Positions 17,719 through 24,667 of a stretch of 64,000 bases of DNA are shown here, piece by piece; the stretch's first letter is position 1, and the number at the start of each line of letters is the position of its first letter. The notes beneath the pieces were generated by a model. That model was not told the origin of the DNA and searched no databases. It saw nothing but the letters and a program-made list of their open reading frames with translations. The stretch comes from an uncultured Bacteroidales bacterium (GTDB lineage Bacteria; Bacteroidota; Bacteroidia; Bacteroidales; WCHB1-69). The translations under genes and the position numbers were made by a program. The stretch covers positions 10,542 through 74,541 of the forward strand of contig CAMORT010000002.1 in NCBI GenBank assembly GCA_946624065.1, in the 5' to 3' direction.

Positions 17719-18123
17719 ATGTCTGAAGAAGCAAAAAATATTTCCGAAACTGTTTCCGCCGAAGAGGAAGCACGCATGATTAATGTGTCCAAAAACCGTG
17801 TTGTCTTCAAAGTCCATTTCTCCGTTTTTTTGGTGGTGAACTTGATTGTTTGGGTGTTATGGTTCACCTTGTTTAACGCTATTGTAACGGATCCCTATAT
17901 CAGCAGAGCCATTCTCAAGGCATTTTCGTGCATTACGCTTGTGTGGATCCTTATCGTGATTCTGCATTATCTTATTGCCTATAAATGGAATAAGACCTTT
18001 GTGGAGAAAGAGTTGAATAAAATCAAGAAACAACGTGTCAAACAATTGGCGGAAATTGAGAAAATAAAGGCCAAGATTGCCGAGGCGAAACAACAACAGA
18101 ACAACGCTGAACAAAACCAATAA
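17719..18123 (+). CDS. 2TM-domain membrane protein with a C-terminal coiled coil
   Basis: 134 aa. Two hydrophobic helices (FSVFLVVNLIVWVLWF, ITLVWILIVILHYLIAY) in the arrangement of the 2TM family, then a KQ-rich helix. Confidence 0.6.
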   Translation: MSEEAKNISETVSAEEEARMINVSKNRVVFKVHFSVFLVVNLIVWVLWFTLFNAIVTDPYISRAILKAFSCITLVWILIVILHYLIAYKWNKTFVEKELNKIKKQRVKQLAEIEKIKAKIAEAKQQQNNAEQNQ

Positions 18124-18167
18124 GCTCAAGCAGAATATTGCCATCATCAAACAATAAAAATTTTATA

Positions 18168-18175
18168 TATTTTTG
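18168..18175 (+). promoter_or_regulatory. -7 promoter box (TATTTTTG) for frr
   Basis: ATATATTTTTGCAGCC. Confidence 0.5.
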
Positions 18176-18207
18176 CAGCCGTAAAAAATTAATTTTTCAA
18201 TACTCTT

Positions 18208-18765
18208 ATGGATACACAAACCTGCTTGAAAAACGCTAAAGATAGCATGAATTCCACTGTGGCATTCTTTGATAAGGATTTACAGAAAATACGCGCCGGT
18301 AAGGCCTCCCCGCAAATGCTGGACGGGTTGAAGGTGGATTATTACGGCAATCCCACGCCAGTGGATCAGGTGGCCAACATCAACACGCCCGACGCCCACC
18401 AGATTGTGATTCAACCTTGGGAGCGCAACATGCTGCCCGTGATTGAGAAAGCGATTTTGGCGGCTAACATCGGTCTTACTCCGCAAAACAATGGTGAATT
18501 CATCCGTTTGGTGGTTCCCACGCCTACAGAGGAGCGCCGAAAAGAACTGGTGAAAAAGGCCAAACAAGAAGCCGAGCAAACCAAAGTCTCTATCCGTAAT
18601 ATCCGTCGCAACGCCAACGATGAGGCCAAAAAGCTGAAAGACGGAGGTTCTCCCGAAGATGAAATCAAGAAATTGGAGGCCGATATCCAAAAAGCCACCG
18701 ACGAAGCCATCGCCAAAGTGGATAAGATTATGGAGGCTAAAGAGAAAGAGATTATGACAGTGTAG
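18208..18765 (+). CDS. frr: Ribosome recycling factor
   Basis: 185 aa. ...KIRAGKASPQMLDGLKVDYYG...LTPQNNGEFIRLVVPTPTEERRKELVK. Confidence 0.95.
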   Translation: MDTQTCLKNAKDSMNSTVAFFDKDLQKIRAGKASPQMLDGLKVDYYGNPTPVDQVANINTPDAHQIVIQPWERNMLPVIEKAILAANIGLTPQNNGEFIRLVVPTPTEERRKELVKKAKQEAEQTKVSIRNIRRNANDEAKKLKDGGSPEDEIKKLEADIQKATDEAIAKVDKIMEAKEKEIMTV

Positions 18766-18814
18766 TAATCGATGAACGAATAACGATTTTTATTAATTTA
18801 TAAATTTTACAAGT

Positions 18815-19192
18815 ATGAATATTCCTGAAAATTTGAAGTATTCCAACGACCATGAGTGGTTGAGAGTGGAAGGTGAATTCGCATACGTAGGCATTACTGC
18901 GTTTGCTGCTAATGAACTGGGTGACATTGTGTTCCTTGACATCACCACAGAAGGTGAGACACTGGGACAGAATGAAGTTTTCGGTTCCATTGAGGCCGTT
19001 AAGACCGTTTCCGATCTCATGTTGCCTGTTGGCGGTGAGGTTGTGGAATTCAACACCGCGTTGGAAGACAATCCAGCATTGGTGAACACCGATCCTTACG
19101 GAGAAGGCTGGATTATCAAGATCAAAGTTACCGATCCTGCCGAGGCTGACACCCTTTTGGATGCCGCCGGTTATCAGGCATTGATTGGCTAA
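18815..19192 (+). CDS. gcvH: Glycine cleavage system protein H
   Basis: 125 aa. Lipoyl-lysine motif [13 protein letters not shown]-terminus [12 protein letters not shown]. Confidence 0.93.
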   Translation: MNIPENLKYSNDHEWLRVEGEFAYVGITAFAANELGDIVFLDITTEGETLGQNEVFGSIEAVKTVSDLMLPVGGEVVEFNTALEDNPALVNTDPYGEGWIIKIKVTDPAEADTLLDAAGYQALIG

Positions 19193-19211
19193 CGATTAAA
19201 ATCGTAAAAAT

Positions 19212-19247
19212 AAAACGGAGGTATCGATTGATGCCTCCGTTTTTTTG
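19212..19247 (+). terminator. Intrinsic terminator after gcvH
   Basis: AACGGAGGTATC-GATT-GATGCCTCCGTT followed by T7. Confidence 0.75.
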
Positions 19248-19260
19248 TTGTGGTACAGCA

Positions 19261-19284
19261 GGATTCCGCCGCGCGGCGGAATCC
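19261..19284. other. GC-rich perfect palindrome (possible terminator for the convergent dipeptidase gene)
   Basis: GGATTCCGCC-GCGC-GGCGGAATCC, 17 nt beyond the dipeptidase stop. No U-run on the minus strand. Confidence 0.4.
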
Positions 19285-19300
19285 TCAAAATGATGACGAC

Positions 19301-21058
19301 TTACTTGGCTTCAATATTCTTGCCACAGTCGTTCACAATCATCTTATACCATTCCTCGCGATATTTCGGCTGGTCGGGGAATGCGCATTGCGGTATTTTG
19401 GTGTCAGACACTTTGAATTTGCCATTCTCCTCTTTCTTTACATTACCGTCATGGTATTTCACCAACAGGTAGATGAAGAGGTTGTTCCATTCTTTGCATA
19501 CGCTTTTGGCTGCCGTATTGGAATAATCATTGAGGATCTCCCGTGCTTTTTCAGGATTATTTCCGAACATGTCTTTCATTTGTGAGGACATTTTATCAAT
19601 GTCTTTCACGAATTTGCCTTCCCAATAGGCCTGTTTCTCATTCACATGCTTGATCATGTCGCTGTAGCGTGTATAAACATAATTGCTTACCTTGGTGAAG
19701 GTCCAGAAAGCGGCGTCATCGGAGTATTCGACCATGGAGCCGTTGCCTTGGGCGTATTCTTTGGGGATCTTGTTGATACCGCAGAACATGGGCACATAGC
19801 AGCAGCTGGCGGCATCGTCAACGCCAAACCAGAAAATACCACCGAAGGCATTGGGAAGCCAGTTGCGGCATTGGGCCACAAAGGAGAATCCGGTCTGTTG
19901 GGTGGCAGTGGCGCGCTCGTGGATGTAGCCTTTGCCATTGTATTCCCATGTCATCGGGCGCCAACGATACGGGCAGTTGAACGGGCCTGCGCCGAGGTCT
20001 TTGGTCATATCCATAGAAGTGCCCTCGAAATGGTCACGCATCATCTGCATCATGAATTGGGCGTCGATTTTGCTCTTGTCTGCGGGTTTGATCCACAGCG
20101 GGAAGCGGTGTTTGAGGTTGTCGCCACGGGCATAATCCTCATATTTGGCCATTTCAGCGGGATTGCAGTGGTTGAAAAATGCCCACACACGGGCTTCGCA
20201 AAAACGCGCGCCATCAAAAGTGATGGGATTGTAGGTGTCGCAGAAGCTGAATTCGGCATCGGGAGCGGTTTTCGGATCTTTAGGATAAAGTCCTTTCAGA
20301 CGGGCGAAGGAGATAACATCCTCAGAATAAACGGTTTCCACAGTAGGCAGGAAAATCTTGTCCAATTCCTTGCTGGTGATGGAGGTCTTGCCGTCGCGCA
20401 GCGGGAAAGTGGAGATGCGGGATTGGTTGGCGTGACCGCTGATATATCCGTCGGGGATGCGGCGGGCTACCCAAACAGCGCCATTGCTCCAACCTTTCAC
20501 GATTCTGCCTTTGGCATCCAGCATTTTTTCGCCTTTGCCGATGAGGTCCATCACCCAAGCTTCATTTGGGTCAACAATGGAGAACGATTCGCCCTCGCTG
20601 GCATAGCCGTAGGTTGCCATTAACTCGGCAATCACCTTGATGGCTTCGCGGGCGTTTTTGGCACGCTGCAATGCGATGTAAATCAAGGAACCATAGTCAA
20701 TCATACCTTGACCGTGTTCCAGTTGCTCAATGCCTCCGTATGTGGTTTCGCCAATGGCCAGCTGCCACTCGTTCATGTTGCCGATGACGGAATAGGTGTG
20801 CGCAACCTGCGGAATTTGTCCCAGCAGTTTGCCCGTATCCCATTCGATGACATCCATCATAGTGCCGGCGGGATAGTCTTTGGCCGGACGGTAGTAGAGT
20901 TCACCATAAAGCTGGTGGGAGTCGGCGGCGTATGTCAGAAAACAGGAGCCGTCCTTGCTGGCACCCTTCGTCACAATGAAGTTGGTGCAGGCGAATGTCG
21001 TGCCCAGAGAGAGCAGACCGACAAGCAGGGTTAAGAGAGATGCTTTTTTCATAAACAA
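19301..21058 (-). CDS. C69-family dipeptidase (secreted)
   Basis: 585 aa. Signal peptide followed by FACTNFIVTKGASKDGS, the N-terminal nucleophile Cys arrangement typical of peptidase family C69. Confidence 0.85.
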   Translation of the reverse strand: MFMKKASLLTLLVGLLSLGTTFACTNFIVTKGASKDGSCFLTYAADSHQLYGELYYRPAKDYPAGTMMDVIEWDTGKLLGQIPQVAHTYSVIGNMNEWQLAIGETTYGGIEQLEHGQGMIDYGSLIYIALQRAKNAREAIKVIAELMATYGYASEGESFSIVDPNEAWVMDLIGKGEKMLDAKGRIVKGWSNGAVWVARRIPDGYISGHANQSRISTFPLRDGKTSITSKELDKIFLPTVETVYSEDVISFARLKGLYPKDPKTAPDAEFSFCDTYNPITFDGARFCEARVWAFFNHCNPAEMAKYEDYARGDNLKHRFPLWIKPADKSKIDAQFMMQMMRDHFEGTSMDMTKDLGAGPFNCPYRWRPMTWEYNGKGYIHERATATQQTGFSFVAQCRNWLPNAFGGIFWFGVDDAASCCYVPMFCGINKIPKEYAQGNGSMVEYSDDAAFWTFTKVSNYVYTRYSDMIKHVNEKQAYWEGKFVKDIDKMSSQMKDMFGNNPEKAREILNDYSNTAAKSVCKEWNNLFIYLLVKYHDGNVKKEENGKFKVSDTKIPQCAFPDQPKYREEWYKMIVNDCGKNIEAK

Positions 21059-21099
21059 TATTTTAAGATAATAAATAATTGTATCATTAAATTAGGTTG

Positions 21100-21107
21100 C
21101 AAAGGTA
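21100..21107 (-). promoter_or_regulatory. -7 promoter box (TACCTTTG) for the dipeptidase gene
   Basis: The minus strand reads TTCTACCTTTGCAACC. Confidence 0.5.
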
Positions 21108-21138
21108 GAAAAAAGATTGGATATTTCTTGATTTTTAT

Positions 21139-21146
21139 TATTTTTG
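21139..21146 (+). promoter_or_regulatory. -7 promoter box (TATTTTTG) for the riboswitch-controlled transcript
   Basis: TTATTATTTTTGCCACC, immediately upstream of the riboswitch. Confidence 0.55.
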
Positions 21147-21154
21147 CCACCGAT

Positions 21155-21325
21155 TTTATGGTGAAAGATTTTCAAGGAAATCTTGAGAGGGAAGCAGGTG
21201 AGAATCCTGCACAGTACCCGCTGCTGTGAGTTCATAAAATCCTTAGGAAAAAAGACGGTCACTGTCGCATGTGCGATGGGAAGGCCTCCGAAGGAGAACG
21301 AGTCAGAAAACCTGCCATTGAATCA
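21155..21325 (+). promoter_or_regulatory. Cobalamin (B12) riboswitch aptamer
   Basis: Hallmark conserved strings are present in the canonical order: GGTGAAAG...AGGGAAGCAGGTGAGAATCCTGCACAGTACCCGCTGCTGTGA...GTCACTG...GGGAAGG...B12 box GAGTCAGAAAACCTGCC. Not verified with a covariance model. Confidence 0.85.
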
Positions 21326-21363
21326 ACACGTTGCAAGCTTCGGGAGATAGGCTTCTGCGAAAA

Positions 21364-21431
21364 ATGGAATCTTTTTCCATGTTATTTTTCGTTTGAGACA
21401 ATTCCCGCCGCTGCACGCAACGGGATTTTTT
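21364..21431 (+). terminator. Candidate riboswitch expression platform (two hairpin + U-run elements)
   Basis: ATGGAA-TCTTT-TTCCAT followed by GTTATTTTT (21364-21390), and TCCCG-N13-CGGGA followed by T6 (21403-21431). The stems are short, so the assignment is tentative. Confidence 0.45.
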
Positions 21432-21481
21432 GATATTTGACATTATCTACAAACAATAAATAACATTAAATACAAACGCTT

Positions 21482-23101
21482 ATGAAAAAAGTTCTATTTT
21501 TTATCGCAATTTTTTGTGCAGTATTGTTCGGGGCAAAGGCTCAGAACACAGACGCCACCATCTCCAAAAATGACATCATCTATTGGGTGGGTAGCGGTGA
21601 TGATAGCGTCATCTTCGTGCTCAATATTGATACCACTTCTCTGGCATGGGGTTATCATTTCGACGCCAACAACGAGCCCACGGTTGAGGACATGATTGCC
21701 GACATTGATGCTGCCGATCCCCGCTTGGCCTACACTATCAGCTGGGAAACTTACGAATACACTTTCTATTATGTGAACCATCCGCTCAAACTGATGGCTG
21801 ACGAATTCCGTTTCAAAGTGAACGGTGTTCTGGCTTCCGTCCTTGAGGATTTCGAAGATTATGACCTCGCTGACAACATGATTGTGGTGGTCAGCACATC
21901 GGCAAGTGATACTTGGATCACCCCCATTGTTCCTGTAACGGTGGCCACCATGCCTGTGGATGCCACTATTTCCGCCGAGGACATTCTCTACTGGGTGGGC
22001 GAAGGCAGTAACGAAGCCGTCATCGCCATCAACTGGGGCGTGCCCGACACCGCACTCGCTTGGGGTTTGCGTTTCAATGACAACTTGACCGTCACTACCG
22101 CTTTGCAAGCTCTCGTCGCTGCTGAAAGCCGTCTCTCGACCAATTCCGCCATGTCAACTTTCGACTATACGGACGGGAATGTCAACCTCACCTTCCAGAG
22201 CACCTCTGGCAACTACATGCAATTCATACTCAACGGCAATCCGCAGGCCGGTCTGTCCAGTGCGGTAACCGACGGTGCGTTCCTCAAGGTGGGTGAGTCC
22301 GCCTACGGCATCGGCTACGACTCCACTGCTTTTGGAGGCAGCTGGTATCCTATGGGCGTGGTATGGCCGACCCCGATACATCCTGTTATGGCACCCGACA
22401 CCACAGCTATCCCTGAAGAGGCCACTATCGCTTTCAGCGACATTCTCTACTGGGTGGGCGAAGGCACGAACGAGGCCGTCATGGCCGTCAACTGGGCCGA
22501 CACCGCTCTGGCATGGGGTTACCGCTGGAACGGCACTGCCACCGTGGCCGACATGATGACCGACATTGCCGCCGCCGACCCGCGCTTCAGCTATACTGTC
22601 AACGGTTATCTCGATGACATTCTCTTCGTTGTGGCCGAAGGCGACACCCTCCGCAAGGTTCCCTTCAGCTATTGGGAGAGCAAGAACAACGGTGTGTCGG
22701 ATGCCGGTATGGGCCAGACCCTTGTCAATGGCGACTTCGAGAAGTGGGCTGAACCCGCCGCTGGCGTGGTTGTGGACAGCACCTACGATGAAACTTATAA
22801 CTATTGGTGGTACACTTATGTCTATCCGATGGCCATCACGCCCGTCTCCATCCCTACCTCTCATGACGGTATCAATAATCATGAGACGACGCGCATCATC
22901 GCCTATCCGAATCCTTGCACCGAGAATATTCGCGTACAAACATCTGTAAATGAGGAAGTTGTTGTGTATAACCTGCAAGGTGCCGTAATTATGAGCACCG
23001 TGGCACAGGGAGAAATCACCACTTTGGATGTAAACAATTTGCCTTCAGGTGTTTATTTTGTGAAGAGTGGCAGCAAAACCGCCAAGATTGTGAAGAGATA
23101 A
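21482..23101 (+). CDS. Secreted triple-repeat protein with a T9SS C-terminal sorting domain; function unknown (candidate corrinoid-binding protein)
   Basis: 539 aa with a signal peptide MKKVLFFIAIFCAVLFGAKAQ. Three repeats start at aa 24, 160 and 313 (nt 21551, 21959, 22418). Each opens D/EATIxxxDI(I/L)YWVGxGxxxxV.....TxLAWG. The CTD is ...IIAYPNPCTENIRVQ...LPSGVYFVKSGSKTAKIVKR. Confidence refers to the CDS call, not the function. Confidence 0.85.
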   Translation: MKKVLFFIAIFCAVLFGAKAQNTDATISKNDIIYWVGSGDDSVIFVLNIDTTSLAWGYHFDANNEPTVEDMIADIDAADPRLAYTISWETYEYTFYYVNHPLKLMADEFRFKVNGVLASVLEDFEDYDLADNMIVVVSTSASDTWITPIVPVTVATMPVDATISAEDILYWVGEGSNEAVIAINWGVPDTALAWGLRFNDNLTVTTALQALVAAESRLSTNSAMSTFDYTDGNVNLTFQSTSGNYMQFILNGNPQAGLSSAVTDGAFLKVGESAYGIGYDSTAFGGSWYPMGVVWPTPIHPVMAPDTTAIPEEATIAFSDILYWVGEGTNEAVMAVNWADTALAWGYRWNGTATVADMMTDIAAADPRFSYTVNGYLDDILFVVAEGDTLRKVPFSYWESKNNGVSDAGMGQTLVNGDFEKWAEPAAGVVVDSTYDETYNYWWYTYVYPMAITPVSIPTSHDGINNHETTRIIAYPNPCTENIRVQTSVNEEVVVYNLQGAVIMSTVAQGEITTLDVNNLPSGVYFVKSGSKTAKIVKR

Positions 23102-23132
23102 CCCCCAATTTTACCACTCATATTTTTAAAAA

Positions 23133-23171
23133 AGCCCCTGACAGGACATCCTGAAAGGGGCTTAGTTTTTT
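23133..23171 (+). terminator. Intrinsic terminator after the triple-repeat gene
   Basis: AGCCCCT...AGGGGCT stem (inner CAGG/CCTG) followed by TAGTTTTTT. Confidence 0.7.
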
Positions 23172-23200
23172 GGGGAGAAGAGAGGTTTGTTCGTAAAATT

Positions 23201-23263
23201 TATAAAGTTTATAAAGTTTGTAACCTTTTAATCTTAAGAATCTTAAAAACCTTAAGAACAAAT
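23201..23263. repeat. 9-bp-phased degenerate tandem repeat (7 units)
   Basis: TATAAAGTT TATAAAGTT TGTAACCTT TTAATCTTA AGAATCTTA AAAACCTTA AGAACAAAT, between convergent 3' ends. Confidence 0.7.
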
Positions 23264-23272
23264 TAACCCTTA

Positions 23273-24481
23273 TTATTTCTCTTCTTTGTACACGGGCAGG
23301 GGTTGGTCGATTTGCTCGTTCCAGGGCAGGCCGTAGCCGCCGATTTCCTTCATGAACGGATCCGGGTCGAACTGTTCGACATTGAAGACGCCGGTGCCTT
23401 TCCAAGTGCCAGTGAGAATCATCTTGGCACAAAGCATAGCGGGAACGCCAGTGGTGTAGGATACGGCTTGTGCGCCAACCTCTTTGAAGCAAGCGGCGTG
23501 GTCGCAGTTGTTCCAAACATAATAAGTGCGCTCCTTACCATCTTTTATACCTTTGATTTGGCAACCAATGGAGGTCTGTCCATGATAACCCTCACCCAAA
23601 GAGGAAGGTTCCGGTAAAACGGCTTTCAAGAACTGCAACGGAACAATGTCAATTCCTTGATATTTAATCGGTTTAATGCTGGTCATGCCGATTTCCTGCA
23701 GCACATTCAGCACGGTGAGATATTTCTGTCCGAAGGTCATCCAGAAACGGGCGCGCTTGATGGAGGGATAGCTGCGAACCAAAGACTCCAACTCTTCGTG
23801 ATAGAGCAGGTAGGACTCACGCTCACCGATGTTCGGGTATTCCACCGGGCGATGAATGGACATGGGATCGATTTCCACCCATTGGCCATTTTCCCAATAC
23901 TTGCCGCGTTGGGTGATTTCGCGGATGTTGATCTCAGGATTGAAGTTGGTGGCAAATGCCTTGCCATGATCACCGGCGTTGCAATCGACGATGTCCAGAT
24001 AATGGATTTCATCGAAATAGTGTTTGGCGGCGTATGCGGTGTAGATACTTGTCACACCGGGGTCGAAACCACAACCGAGCAGGGCCATAATGCCAGCTTC
24101 TTTGAAACGGTCTTGATAGGCCCATTGCCAGCTGTACTCGAATTTGGCTTTGTCGCGCGGCTCGTAGTTGGCGGTGTCCATATAGTTGGTTTTAGTGGCC
24201 AAACAGGCGTCCATCAGCGGAAGGTCCTGATACGGGAGCGCCACATTGATCAACAAGTCAGGTTTGTAGCTGTTGAGCAATTGGATGGTTTCCTCCACAT
24301 TGTCGGCATCCACCTGGGCGGTTTGGATGCGGTTGCCTCCAATTTCAGCGGCAATCTTGTCGCATTTGGATTTGGTGCGGGAGGCGAGCATGATTTCGGT
24401 GAACACTTCCGGCACGGAAGCGCATTTGTGTGCCACCACGGCTCCCACGCCGCCGGCACCGATGATAAGAACTTTTGCCAT
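23273..24481 (-). CDS. Saccharopine dehydrogenase-family protein, probable carboxynorspermidine synthase/dehydrogenase
   Basis: 402 aa. N-terminal Rossmann motif MAKVLIIGAGGVGAVVAHK. Length and layout match the carboxynorspermidine dehydrogenase subfamily. The cognate decarboxylase nspC is at 61998-63152. Confidence 0.8.
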   Translation of the reverse strand: MAKVLIIGAGGVGAVVAHKCASVPEVFTEIMLASRTKSKCDKIAAEIGGNRIQTAQVDADNVEETIQLLNSYKPDLLINVALPYQDLPLMDACLATKTNYMDTANYEPRDKAKFEYSWQWAYQDRFKEAGIMALLGCGFDPGVTSIYTAYAAKHYFDEIHYLDIVDCNAGDHGKAFATNFNPEINIREITQRGKYWENGQWVEIDPMSIHRPVEYPNIGERESYLLYHEELESLVRSYPSIKRARFWMTFGQKYLTVLNVLQEIGMTSIKPIKYQGIDIVPLQFLKAVLPEPSSLGEGYHGQTSIGCQIKGIKDGKERTYYVWNNCDHAACFKEVGAQAVSYTTGVPAMLCAKMILTGTWKGTGVFNVEQFDPDPFMKEIGGYGLPWNEQIDQPLPVYKEEK

Positions 24482-24536
24482 AGTATTGCGTTTTTAGTTA
24501 TTTCTGTTTCGAGGGTGCAAATATAAAAAAAAAGCG

Positions 24537-24544
24537 TATCTTTG
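24537..24544 (+). promoter_or_regulatory. -7 promoter box (TATCTTTG) for metK
   Basis: GCGTATCTTTGCCGCC. It implies a leader of about 115 nt. Confidence 0.55.
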
Positions 24545-24667
24545 CCGCCAGAAAACGTGGACAGATTTGTATTGCTTGCAACCACATAAAAAAATGCTAA
24601 AAAACAAACATTTCCCACACGTTTTCCTTTGTCTTTTTTTTATTAACTTTCAAAAAACATGTTAGTT

